Positions 1 through 13,300 of a stretch of 64,000 nt of DNA are shown piece by piece. Source of the DNA: Balanoglossus misakiensis (taxonomy: Eukaryota; Animalia; Hemichordata). The position numbers were made by a program, and so were the translations under genes. Each line of letters starts with the position of its first letter. The first letter of the stretch is position 1. The DNA lies in the NCBI GenBank assembly GCA_040954595.2, contig CM082597.2, positions 2,478,449 through 2,542,448 of the forward strand, written 5' to 3'. The notes beneath the pieces were generated by a model. That model saw only the letters and a program-made list of their open reading frames with translations. It was not told where the DNA came from and made no database searches.

Positions 1-1042
1 AAGTTCCCGAAATTGCAACTCGGGTTCTGTAGTTTGGGAAAGTTTAATGGTATGGACGTTGTCGCTCTTCAAGATCACGATAATATCAACTTGGATTGGG
101 CTGTTTCCTATCCACTCTTATCCATTTATTCTCAGTACATATAAACGTGCTTCCCCGCTTTATTCATATCAGACTTTAATAAAGTTATATTGATCGCCAA
201 TTGAAAGGTTGGCAACGTAACGATGTACTGATTGTGATTTCCTGGACAACCAACTGACAATTTCTGAGCCTGTACGATAAGAGACAAGATTAAAAACCAA
301 GGGAACCGCACCTGGAAGAGGTATTTCATATTTACGGCAGGATAGTCACGTTCCCAGATAACTATTCAGATAATCATTATTCTCATTTTCTTGTCAAATT
401 ATGTAACATTGTGGTAATAGCTTTTAAGTTCTTTAGACAGACTGACTGACTATCAGGGAAACTGATGTGATAAAATGTGGAATGTAAAAAGGCACTTGCT
501 TTCAGAATCTATGTTCTCTGTATTATTCAGCGGAGTGTTCTTAATTATATTTCCAGTATTTGGCAAACAGTCTGTATTGGGTGTGTGGTATTTTGTGGTT
601 TAATTAGTGAATACTCAATGTGTGGTTTACATATGACAATGTTATGCTGTCAACCAAACACAGAGTGCTGATAAAAAGGACTTAGATAGTATGGAAATAA
701 TTTATATTCCCATGCGAATGTTGCTAAACAGTATACAAAGTTAAGGCTTGATATTTATATCTCAGTTTACAAGCAATGTCTTCGATATAAAGAAATTATT
801 ACCCTCCAAGGAGTTGTGTTTATTGACATACAGGGGAATTGACATTTTTATCATACTCAAGTGAAAAACAATATATATCAAAAATGAATGAGTTGTTGTT
901 GTTTTATTACTCATGTTGGAAAGAAACACAATTATTATCATGATTCATTTATGCAGAGATAAACATCGCAAGAAGACAAGTTGTACCCGATCGATTGTCA
1001 CTATTTGTTACCCAGCTAATATGTCTTGATATTTTGTTGCGA

Positions 1043-2221
1043 TCACGTATCGACAGCCTCATCTTTTGGTATGACAACATTGGGTAGTGCATGAGACACT
1101 TGCAGGGGCTGGGAACCTTTCATAGAAGCAGTGTTAGCAGTCGTCAAGAGAGTGTTCCTTGTAGGTCGCGAAGTCTGCCCTTCGTTTCTCGTTGCGTTTG
1201 TCATCTCTGATTCATGAAAGGTAGTCGGGTATATTCGGTGTGAGCTTGTCCACAGTCGGCAGAGGAGGGCATTCTTGTAGGCTTTGCGAAAGTTATCGTT
1301 GAAGCAGCCATAGATGATCGGATTGATCCAGCTGTTCGAGAAGTTCAGACACTGGTTTACTAACGCCCAAGCCCGGATGTTGAGTGTGCTGTTAAAGATA
1401 TCCCCGTAATTGGCATATAGGTATAAAGCGTAGTATGGCAACCACATGGTGAAGAAAATGACCATGACCATTGACAGCATCTTAACAGCTCGTTTCTTCT
1501 TTCTGCCAGTACTGCTCACAGGCTGTTTGTCAAACCAAAGCTTGTAAATCATCGGGGCGTACAAGCACAGAAGAATAACAAGTGGAACGATAAATAACAT
1601 AATACAATCAGCTAAACGAAAATATTTCCACTTGGGTATGTACTGAAGTTTTATGAAGCAATACGATTGAGAAAACGTCTGGTTTCCAATGGTGATGACG
1701 TCAGTATGCCATTCGAAGATGACTGGCAAATACAGAGCGTAACACATAGCACACACCCAGGCGATCGCTATCATTATGCCGGCTTGTCCACGCGTTATTT
1801 TCGGCTTGAAAGGAGTTACTATGGCCCTGAAACGGTCCACGGCGATGGCAATTAGTGTGAACACACTTGCGCCGGTGCTGGTCAACCCCAGAAAGCCATC
1901 AATGTTGCAGATTACAGCGTTCGCCATCAAGTGCGTTGCTTCGTCCCACATGATAACGGCTGGGATGTAGTAACAGCCCACCAGAAGGTCCGACACAGCC
2001 AAGGAGACGATGAGGAGGTTTGTGGGCGACTGTCGCAACTTCGGTTCAAGAAACACCGCCATTATGACCATTACATTACCGGTGACAATCATGAATATAC
2101 ACAGTCCATATAAAGTGTATATGACTGACTTCGGCACATCGCCAATCTCATGTGAGCCACTTGGAGTTTCTCCATTCGTCTCACTGAAGTTGTGCGACAG
2201 GTTAAACACATCGGTTTCCAT
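1043..2221 (-). CDS. Class A (rhodopsin-like) GPCR, neuropeptide/RFamide-receptor-like, 392 aa, single coding exon
   Basis: Long ORF with seven hydrophobic helices and class A motifs: GN (TM1), LAVSD (TM2), C3.25, DRF-RAIVTP (TM3/ICL2), MWLP (TM6), NSWINPIIY-GCFNDNFR (TM7/H8). N-terminal N-glycosylation sequons. A splice acceptor (AG at 2239-2240) lies just upstream of the ATG. Confidence 0.93.
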   Translation of the reverse strand: METDVFNLSHNFSETNGETPSGSHEIGDVPKSVIYTLYGLCIFMIVTGNVMVIMAVFLEPKLRQSPTNLLIVSLAVSDLLVGCYYIPAVIMWDEATHLMANAVICNIDGFLGLTSTGASVFTLIAIAVDRFRAIVTPFKPKITRGQAGIMIAIAWVCAMCYALYLPVIFEWHTDVITIGNQTFSQSYCFIKLQYIPKWKYFRLADCIMLFIVPLVILLCLYAPMIYKLWFDKQPVSSTGRKKKRAVKMLSMVMVIFFTMWLPYYALYLYANYGDIFNSTLNIRAWALVNQCLNFSNSWINPIIYGCFNDNFRKAYKNALLCRLWTSSHRIYPTTFHESEMTNATRNEGQTSRPTRNTLLTTANTASMKGSQPLQVSHALPNVVIPKDEAVDT

Positions 2222-4199
2222 GGTAACTGACGCGATATCTGTTTAGAGAAAGTATGCCGACAATAAGTAAAGCATATATTGGCATGCGCATACACACATT
2301 CACACAAAAAGGCATACACCATATTTGTGTTCAGTCTGGAAGGCAAATTTTTCTCTGTAAATATAGTACATCTTGAATAAAATCACAAAACGTATCCAAC
2401 GGTGTGTCTAATTCCCTTCATTTTATGCTCAGTCATTTGCAGAACAGTAAACGCCACATGGTATAGGTTTATAGTCTCCGCTAACTTTTTAAAAAGTGAC
2501 ACGGCGCTTCAATTTATATCTAAGCTTCAATTGATATTTAAGTAAGTTTTTGATAAGCGTACTTCTTTCGGCATTCAGCGAACTATGTTCGTGCCAGTGA
2601 ATGTAACAAGGGGATAATTTCATGAAAGGCCTGACGTTGCGTTCAGAATAACCTCACAACCTCCACAAATACGTGAAGAAAAGAGAGCTTTTATCACTTC
2701 TAGAGTTTGGGGGCAAACAAAAATAACTTTAAAGCTATTAGATCTAAATTGTGACCATAAATCTATCTTGAATAAAATAAACTTATGCCAACCTGAGAGG
2801 AGTGAGTGGATTACTTTGTCTATCACAGAGTGTCTGGGTTTTAGTATGCACAGACAGGTAGGATAATTATGTAATTGAAGAAATATTGTTTTTAATGAAA
2901 TGCAATTTCATATAGAAATTGACGATATTGTTTGACTATCACCACATTGAAAAGTCTGTGGTTTTGAGTCATCGATACTGGATAAATTGATTTCCACCAA
3001 ACAAATACAGAGCAATTGCACTCCTTGCTTGAAACATTAGTCGTGAACCAAAGATTGATATAAAAGACGCCATTTCGGTAAAAGCTTGTTTCCTGCTCTA
3101 TTGACTGGCGACAAAATACCCCGGATTATGACATCAGCATGCAGCTTTTATAGTTTAAGGAGAGAGTTGACATGCTTATGTGGCCTTCACCTGCTATCGT
3201 CACTGTGGTTATGATTGAACAAATAATGTACGCCTCGTTTGTGATGCCATTAGCGTAATGAGTCATAATTGTTTGTCAAGCTCTGCGTTTACATCAACAT
3301 CAATCCGAACTATGCCTTACACACGGCACATATATTTGCTGATAGTGCAGTACATTATTTCAATAAGCACACAAAAGGGAGAAAAGAAAAATTAAATGGA
3401 GTTCATTTAATCATGTAAACTACCCAAGCCTTAGAACGCATTTGAAACTGGTATTTAAATACATGTATTTACAAATATTAATCTACGTGACAATATTAAA
3501 TTGCCATATTTGACCTTGATAAGGTTTAATTTGGTTAAGAGCAACGTTAGGAAAATTTATGATTAAAGGAAATACCATTAATGCTTTTCGTCATCCGGCT
3601 AAGTTGGGGGTAGTCAAATATCAAACCTCGCTCAAGAGAGGAACAGGCAGTTCAGCCTATCAGCACTTTGTTAACGACAAGATTCACACAGAGCGAAAAT
3701 TGCGAACTAAAATCAACATGGTTTGACAAGTCACTGTCGATTGTATCTAGGTCTTCCTGTCCCAATCAGTCACAGATGAGCAATTCGATCAGTTCACATC
3801 TCAGTTTCATATGTTGTATAAACACTGCCACCGAAGCATGCTGTTTGCTTTCAAATGCCATGGTGTAATTTAATTCGTGATATCATGCGGCAAACCATTT
3901 ATCAAATAAAACTATAAATGACAGCTGTTAAAATATGCATGGGTAACTGTCAGTATTGAGCAAGTTCATACTTCCTGTGAGAAAAATGATTGACCGCATT
4001 ATGTCAGATTCAATTCTGTACGTAATGTATCATATTATACTCAGTTGATGATCGCAAAATTCTTAAACGACTATTAAATAATCGCTGTGAAGACATAGTC
4101 ATAAATATGTTTGGTGTAAGCATTCTATAACGAGGATGAGTGTGACAGAACATCGTCGCTACCTCTACTGCTGAAGATATGATAGAACAAAGAACTTAC

Positions 4200-4335
4200 C
4201 GCGTATGTTAACTCAAACTGAACAATTCATGTACAGCAGCAAACAGCTATGTTGGAGTGACTAACTAAATGAAAGTATGCGTTTAAGTATCCTTTTATAT
4301 AGGTACTGATTACAGTTACTGCGCAAGCGCCAGTA
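4200..4335 (-). promoter_or_regulatory. Probable TATA-box core promoter and non-coding first exon of the 1043-2221 GPCR
   Basis: Minus strand reads CTATATAAAAGG at 4291-4302. About 100 nt downstream is a strong donor CG|GTAAGT (exon boundary at 4200) that can pair with the acceptor at 2239-2240. A quasi-palindromic ACTGCGCAAGCGCCAGT sits at 4318-4334. Confidence 0.55.
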
Positions 4336-7300
4336 TGTATAAAGTGTACACTCTGGTCGTGTAACATTCATATCAAACATTGTCGTATGACAAAATTAGA
4401 TGCCCTCAGCATCCAATTTTAGCAGTAAACTAGAACTGACTAATCAACGAATGACCGATTACTTGCAATGAAGTAATTCGGACAGATAGTGACGAAGGTT
4501 ACATAATACATGAGTTAACATCACTGTTCAGTGACGTCTACACTGCATTGGAGTCCTTCAGTTCTTATTTAGTGTAATTACCATAACAGCAAATTCAGTG
4601 AGAAGTGTTTGACCTCGCGCGTTCCCATTAAATTCATCAGGCTTTTAGAGCTAGTTTCATTTGATATTGATACGGTCACGTTTTCGTTTACCCATACACC
4701 TTTAAGGTGGCTAATTTACCTAGGTTGTAGTTTCAATGCAGGATCGCAGAAAATAAATAATGTACTTAAACTGCCTATCAGGCGGGACGAAATATCTCTC
4801 TCTATGTACCCTGTAAACTTTTGGTACTATTATGTCTCCCTTGGTAGTACAGGAGAGTCTAGCCCCTCTACATTAAACATCAAAATAAGTATCACGGCAT
4901 TAGCCATTATTAAAGATTTACAAATCTGCCGACATTATTTTTAAATCGCCATGCAGACGATAATTACTTTAAATCTTTATGCAGACAGGAACTTGGCTTA
5001 TTTGTCATTTAGGGCATGAGTTGTTATTATTCTGTATCAACATGATTTAAACTCAGAGGTGTAATAGACTTTTAAAATGCCCCGTCTTCTAATTAAAATG
5101 GGTACGTATGCGGCATCAATGAAAAGCAAATGTTGCCGTCCTAGCAAACATCGTCGTTTTGTCATTTTGATCAGGTTTGTCAGTTCGATCGCGAGAAACT
5201 GTGTGTAGTTGTTTATGAGAGAATGGAAAATGTATGAAGCATGCCCTGCATCTGCGGCGAGGATAATTGAAATGAAATCGTGAGGGGAGATGCAACGATG
5301 CGCCACGGGGGATAAGAAGGCGGGGGACGTTGCACAAAGAAGCCGGGATTAGAAGGAAAATGAATGTATTTGGTCAAGCATTTACCTGAAAGGAATTGAT
5401 CTGACTTTTTTTCATCATCCCATCCTGATCGGAAAAGAACAGGCATAGAAGGACAAGGTGTTCAGATACACCATAATGAAACAGCAATGTTCAATTAGTA
5501 GAGTGCTTATAGTTGAAACTAATAAATTTCTACACAATTTTGAATTTCCCTGAAGTTTCTAACAGTGTTCTCAGTATGTCAGACGGGTAGATTGAAGATA
5601 CAAAATACATGTACGGTATATGTACCGGTAGATATCTTACAGATGAAACACATGCATTAAGACCTTATTTTTATATCTCCCACAGGGTTTTATTTATTAA
5701 ACCCATTGTTAACATCCATTCACACACAGACTGCCTTCAGATATGCTAATTTCATCCCACTTATGCAAATCCATCAATCAAAATTGTTGTACTGAAAAGA
5801 ATTCTATATATCGCATGAACAGATGCATTGTCAGGGCTACCAGGATATTTTATGAAGTATTGCTATGTCACTGTAATGAGGCAATATTAAAAATGGACTG
5901 TTTGATTATACAGTGTAGTTGCACTTTTGTGATAGTCACATATCCTACCTAAGATTGGCACATTATTTTATTGACCATATGTTGCTTGATAGCTACAGGT
6001 ATCATTAATACTGTTAATAGTTTTGTTTAGAGTGACGACATGTACAGATTATTAAACAAACTTGATTGATAATTGGTTCAAGTTGTCTTTTGGCAATGTG
6101 GCCATATTGTGAAGTCGCGCAGCAACAACACAGAATACAGTCATATCACAAATATGCGAAGCGATATTTATCATATTTCTTAAATAACCCCTCAAGCATG
6201 TTGTGGATAGGTGCTACACAGGCTCAGGTCTGGCCAGCAAAACCATCTCAAATTTGAAACATACTAGGATATGTAATAGTTTATGCCAGTATTTGAGCTG
6301 AGACGTTTCAGAAACGTTTCAATGTTTCCTGTCTGAATGCATGATAATGTGCGGAATTAATAAATAAATAGGTAAGATTACAGGCCTGAATTCAGTCTTA
6401 TAGAAGTAAAACTTTTTTACAATATCCGCGTCAATGCTGACAGCTTATTCAATTGTACATCACCGTTTCTGCCACTGCATTAGATCTACGTGTTTCCATC
6501 AAGTCTACTTTTGCGGCAAATGTCTCGTTCGTGCGGATGCATAAATTGAGCTCACTGTTTCAGAACTGATACAACTGAAATGTTTATGTTGGCATTCGTG
6601 ATATGGGGGACAGCCATTGTTCTTTCTCAGCCCCATATAAGCCATCACTGCTGTAAGTGCCATCTGCTTATTATGGACAATTTTCTATTAACCAAAACAA
6701 AGCCCAATGTCAGATTGCATTCGGATGCTAATATTATCAACTTTCTGATTTTCTTCTACACGCCAACATATCACACAGACAAAACATAAAATTGCAATAT
6801 TGGCAGTTGCTTTGGAAAATTGACCCTGGATATTAAAAAAAACCTCATATTATAATTGGGTGCAAAATATGTAATTTCCTTTTTGATGAGTAGTTCTTAA
6901 TGCCATTGAAATTCCGTCTTGCATGAAGAAAAAAAGTGTTATTGGCTATTTGACAGTTTCACACGTCTTTTCAAAAGGTTTAATTAGGGGCTTGCTTATT
7001 TCATACACCGTAAATTAGCAACTTTTTCATCTACGCTGAGAAAATTTCCCTTTCAGCATATTCAGTAATCCTATTGACTCACTTACATGTGTTATTTTAA
7101 GCCAGACTGAGTCATGCTAATCCTGGTATATTTTGGAAGAAAGGCTTCTGGTGAAATTAATTTGTATGTGCGTGTGTGTGTATGTACCTGTATTAGATCA
7201 AGCATCACAGAGTTGGACGGGGGAATTTTGGCTTGTGGCAGCATGTCTGAGTATAATGGCCCACCTTGCTCCGGAATTACTGGCGGATGGACAAATAAGA

Positions 7301-10300
7301 ATGGAAAGTCAAGTTGTGTTTTAAAGTCTTTCTGGTGATGCAAAATAATGTTTCAAAGATAGGGTGTTAAACGCTTTGCTGCTCACATAAAGTAACGTGA
7401 TACACTTAGATGGAAGATGGAAGCACCACCGCCAACGTTTTAATACAAAGCCTTTCTACCGGTACTAGGACACCATCCAAACAAAATCTTGAGAGTTCAA
7501 ACCTCTTCAAGATACCCTACCTTCAGGGGACTCGCTTATCTGTAAATGTGAGCATGTGTAGCTGACATTAAGTGCATATACTCAGTCACGAAAACAGGAA
7601 ATACCGTTCTGATGAGTGATACGATCGTATCATGACCAGTGGCAGGATTTATTGTGAGGTGTCTGCAACCACAACAAGCAGATAACTATTTCAAACCCTT
7701 CAGATATTTACATATGTTTTCACAATCTCGGTTGGGGTAATTTAGATTATCTTTGACCTTGATAGAACATTGACCTCGATAGAATACCCGCAGGTTTTTC
7801 ACACCACCTGTATCGCTTTTATTTCTGTTTTGAAACCATAAACACCTACTAAAGGTTTATTCAGAGATTTCAATCTCCACGCTAACAATTCAATCAAGCG
7901 CTATCAATGCCGGTGTCATTACCTTGCAAAGCGCTCTTTTCCAAAGATATAGCGGGTTGCTTTATCTATAAAATTGATGTTCTGACTCGCACGGAAGAAG
8001 ATGATTTTGGTGACAGCCGTAATGACAATGTTATGAAGTCACATGCAGTGTTTTTATATGTTGATGGCGACTTGGCGCCGATATTGGAATGAGTTTTTCA
8101 GTCCCCTACTCAAAATAAATGAAATGTGATGTCACTTTCCATGGCATTACGGTTCCAGTAACATCGCGGCCATTAGAACTGGACCGTTTGACATTTCATG
8201 CAAATTCTCTAAAGTGCACCAAAGATAAGCCTATTGATCCATGTGTCCCTTTTAATGGTGGTGCTTGGTTTCCAATAATGAAATCGCTCTGACATGAGGA
8301 TGAAACCGACACTGGAGGAGATTGTACCCGATGGGCATAGCTTAAGTGCTGCTTAGAATATCCCCAAGGATGTTGTGTTAACAGTCGAAAGATGGAATGC
8401 ATTCTGCATGGAAGCAGAAGAGTTAAGGAAAGCCTTCCGAAGCACAGCAGTTATTACATATAATATTAAATATCCTCTCCCCCTGCCATATAACCAGCAT
8501 TTGCGAATTTCTTCATATATTTGAATTACATTTGCGAATAAATTTTCCTCTGCCCTTTAACACATGCTTACATAAAAGTGACACAGGTTTTCTTACATGT
8601 TATTGAAAATGGTCTGATTGAAGTTATAGCATTAAGTTGAATGTAATACGTTGTACATGAAATCCATCATTGCGAATGCAAATTGGGCATATTTGTAGAA
8701 CTGCATCAGTTAAATGTAATTGTGTACAGGGAACTAGCAGGTCTTCGCATGACCTATTGTACCCCCTGTGGTTGTTAACTCGTGTCCATCGCTACAGACT
8801 AATTTTATGACGGTGTAATAACATTTTTCCTCATGGGACGTACGTGCGCCAGTTGTGGAACAAGTGAGTACGCATGTGTACCTGTGCGCCGCAATTTTAT
8901 GATTCACCCAGTGACAATCGCCCCAGGCAAAGCTATCGCTAAAATAAACTAAGCCTCAAAAACTGCATCCTAAGTATTTCATAGCACGTTATTCAATTAT
9001 ATATCAGAAAAATAAATAAATAATGAAGTTTCATTCTGTACTGTTTTCATGGTTTATTTTGTGTTGTATTAGTTTAGCTTGACATGCCTGTACTATACCG
9101 TATGTTGCTTTTTTCGCATGACATACTAACGGGATCACCAACCAAATTTGATTAATAAAGCCTGATTAAAAAGTCAACTGATTCTACATGTATGATACAC
9201 AACAGTACTGTAACCTTGGATTGAACTTTTATACAATAGATAACCACAGCTGCTGCATCAACGAAATCAACAATTAAGGCCCAGTCTGGTACTGACCATA
9301 AATTAACACTTTAGTTGTGGTTTGCACTCAATCCAGATGATTTGGGTCAATCTCAAACAAAGAAAAATGAACACTATCTATAATAATCTGCTGCTTATGT
9401 TTCATGCACTTTCCACTGATGTGTTATGTTATTCAAAAAAGTAGGTGAAATGTGACATTCGTAGCCACGTACAATGTTGCTTAGGCAATACCACGGATAA
9501 ATTAAAAATTAACTGTATTGAGCATAATCCTATTATAAAATCCCTTTTTGTTATATTATTTGATTTTCACGCTATCGTAGAAGTAACTTAATTTTGAAGG
9601 TAATCCGGTCCATGGGTTTGTAAGAGCAGGTTTAATTGCTAGGCTCGTATACAAACAAAACAAATGAAATAAAGTTAACGTACACTGATACACTGAAATA
9701 CGTACGCGATGGTGTAAAAATCTGGGACATCTAATTGCACTGTATGCATTCTGATGACGTCAGTCAAAATCGCATGATATTGAAATCAATTGCACCCAGC
9801 GGTCGTTGTCACTACTATTTATCTTGGCATTTATTTTTTATCAAATGTGAAGGGAGATTTAAAGATTTAACGTCACATAACGTCATAACCATTGCTCATA
9901 TTTTGGATTAATCTAAGCTGCTGATCTTGATTACAATCAACAACATTAGTCTGTTCACAGATTTCTCTTTTGATCATTCTTTTAGGATCTTTGTTACCTT
10001 CATAATTCATAAATCATAATTAGAAATCTATTCATTATTTTTTGCCTTTTGCTGTAATATTATTCATTACCTACTTTTGCCGTATCACATATCGTATCAG
10101 ACTCTCTCTCTTTCCTCTCTAACACATACACATGCCAGCATTACACTGTTTCATAAGCGGCAGTATTTGTTTGCTGATATACACTGATCATACTTGAAAT
10201 GTGTGCGTTGCAAGAACCTGTATGTATTTTTATGTATCACATTTTTATAGGAACACAGGACGAATATACAACTCTGCATTACAATGGAGCCATATGTTAC

Positions 10301-13300
10301 AAATCTTGTTAACGATATATTTGATGGCCGCCAACATGCGTGGGTCAGTCTGCAATGAGTTTGACTGCTAGGTGATCTAGATAATATCGCAATTTGGAAT
10401 TAAAATTCCCTTAGCTACTGGAAGACACATGAACAGGTTCATGTTAAAAAATCCTCTCTAAAAATGATCTACAGCTAAACACCGACGTCTTTACTATGAC
10501 TATTCCATTCGCGATAGTATTTTTCTTAATCTTGACAGAGAATGTCACTAAATTCCATCGTTACACTAACAAACTAAATTTTGGAGACATGAAATTCAAC
10601 AAAATAATATTTGAGGTTAAGTATTAAGAGTTACCGAAGATACTCGGAATGAAAAGCACAATTATCGTGCAACTGTCACAATACCCTACATTATTGATGG
10701 CGGTTTGATATGTATACGCAATTTACATAGATGGTCACACAGTTTGAATAATCGTTTAAATAGTTGCAATCTATAAACACCTAAGACAAGCTAGTTGTTA
10801 ACTCACCCGGTTCGGTGTATTCCCTCAATAATCCACCGTTTAGACTGACACTGTCTAGATTGAATGGAAACGAAGTTTAAGAGCAACAGAGTGACAACTC
10901 ATTTGTCCTATTATATACCTCAAGGTGATTCCTTGTGGTTGCTAGGCAACCTTCATAGGCTGAATGATTTCAAATCGGTCTTGTATTTGATTGGACGCCA
11001 CTCGCGGCTGCTGTTGTTGTTGGTGCGCACCCAAAGCTAGGATTTCGCGAGAGGCATATATTTGTATGAATAGCAGGATGCCAAATGTTAATGTGATGAA
11101 AGTGAGGTGTGCACGGCTTTCTAACAAATGACTTGCTTTCATTACACATTCTAAGCGCGACAGGCGCTTCTGTTAAGCCAAAATACTGCAGACACCCCTG
11201 TTGTGATTATCCTATTTTTAGTTTAGTGTTAGATGATTAATTTGGGGAACCCCTTTGAAATTTGTTTCATTGGTTGAATACGACTCACACAAACATCCAC
11301 AACAGTGCAGTGAGATCTATGCACAGGAGGGTTTCATCAAATCGATGTCATTATTCTAAGAGAGTTCACGGACCCAATTTGGGCATTACGGGAATGCAAG
11401 AAACATGTTCAAAGACACTCATTTTTTAATCAATCAGAAACAATTTATATTCCACAATCTTAGACGCCCTTGGCATCTTTTTTGAAAATTGGAAACGACA
11501 CGGTGACAGTCCATTACTTCGTTATTTCCGTTTTAAATAAGAAGCAGTCGATAATTGGCTAACCTGCGTCATGATTGAGAAAAAAACCCGGCCTGTCAAG
11601 TTCTTTGCTAAGTAAATGCCCCAGGCGCCGCCTTTTTCAGCTGTGTAAAGTCTCACGTCAAGACCTGCCAATATCCTCAAGTGGTAGGAAATGAAGCTGG
11701 TAAGGGTCTTTTTTCTTGCAAACTCCTTGAAGAATATGTAGTTCATTTATGTCAACGTTACTTTGAACTTACATCGACAAAGGAGTACTCCAACTGAGTT
11801 TTATTCTTGGACTCGGGAGACGAACTTGAATGAAAGGATCAGTGCAGCTGTAACACTGCAATTGGCAAAAGTAATTGTCCAATGCCTGTGTTACACGTCA
11901 CACACATCTTGTGTCGATGTTTTAAATTTAGGGGAAACTTTGATTCCTTTCTTTCATGTGCTTCTCTTTCCAATGAAATAACCGGCGCAAACCATACATA
12001 GACTACTAGCAGAATGTGGGTTCCGATACATTACAAGACAATAACAGAATTATCGCGACATCTCTTTCCCTAATACTAATAGGACAAACTGACCTCCCAT
12101 CAAGTGACAACTAGAGTTTTTCGCAAATGCTGACATTTTCCACAGCGTGCAAAACCATTCAACTCTGTGATTCACCTATCAGACAGCAACAGATCCCATT
12201 AGCCTAACCCGAGATTAAATTGAGTAAAAACTTCAGCGAAGCCATCAAATCACTTCTTTGTCTTCTCTACAGATTAAAAGACATGATTGTTGACTTCTTT
12301 TGAATATACGTCACGGGAACACACTTTTTAATGATGTTAACTCCACCGACTCACGAACATGTATTATTAAATTAACCAGTAAACTTGCTTTAAGTTGTGT
12401 AATAATCTGTACGCTTTTATCCTTTAAGTGCCTACCCCAAATACATCTGTTTGCGCCTGGAACTCTTTTTAAAGCAATAAATATTGGTGGAATTTCAAGT
12501 TGTGACATGGAATTGTATTTCCCTGGAGGGAGTTCATTATACACAATTTGTTCTCACACGCAACCTTTCTTTTATTCCCAGGTAAGGAGCGATCTGAGAA
12601 GGATAACACCCACGGGAGTTCATGACTGTACGTTTCCCGGTCCTTCCGCAAAACGGCGTCGCGGAGTCTGCCTGCCAGTCCCCAGCTGACAAAATCTAAT
12701 ACGATAAAAGCAAATGCAAATTTCTCTCAGGAGTTCAATTTACACCTTCAGGCCACATGGGCTCCATCAAGGTTGGTCAACGCTTTCTGTCTATTATGCA
12801 ACACTCACTTGAACGTCGTCACCACATTGATTGCAAGAAATGACTAGTTCTGAAACTTAAAATGTGAATCAGCAGAGAGATTGACTTGTCTATCCACAGT
12901 CAGGTGGAATAAAATCTCAATTTTCCTCTGTGCCCTGTATCTTGTGAAATAAAAGAAGTCAAGTTTTTTCACAAGTTCTCTCCAACTAAACAGCATACGT
13001 TTATCTCATGGGTAAAGTCACTATTTTACAAAACAAAGTGTGGAACTGGTTTTAAAAGTCCATCATGTTTTTCTCTATAATTTGTAAACTTGTCTTGTAC
13101 TCACTACTGAGTGGTTAATGGCACCCGCTGCCTAATAAACGGCATAAAGCAATCAACTTCAGGCAGAATGCCCTGATCACGAATTACCTAAGCTAATTAA
13201 AGTAATTTACAATGACGGTAATGTAGATGGCCATCAACACATGCGATTGAGAATAGAATGGTTAATGAAACAACCACAAATAGTCCTTCAACACTTGAGT

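Noticed and set aside
7617-9762. Short palindromes (TGATACGATCGTATCA at 7617-7632; CRE-like TGACGTCA at 9755-9762)
   Set aside because: Isolated short motifs with no supporting context; not distinguishable from chance.
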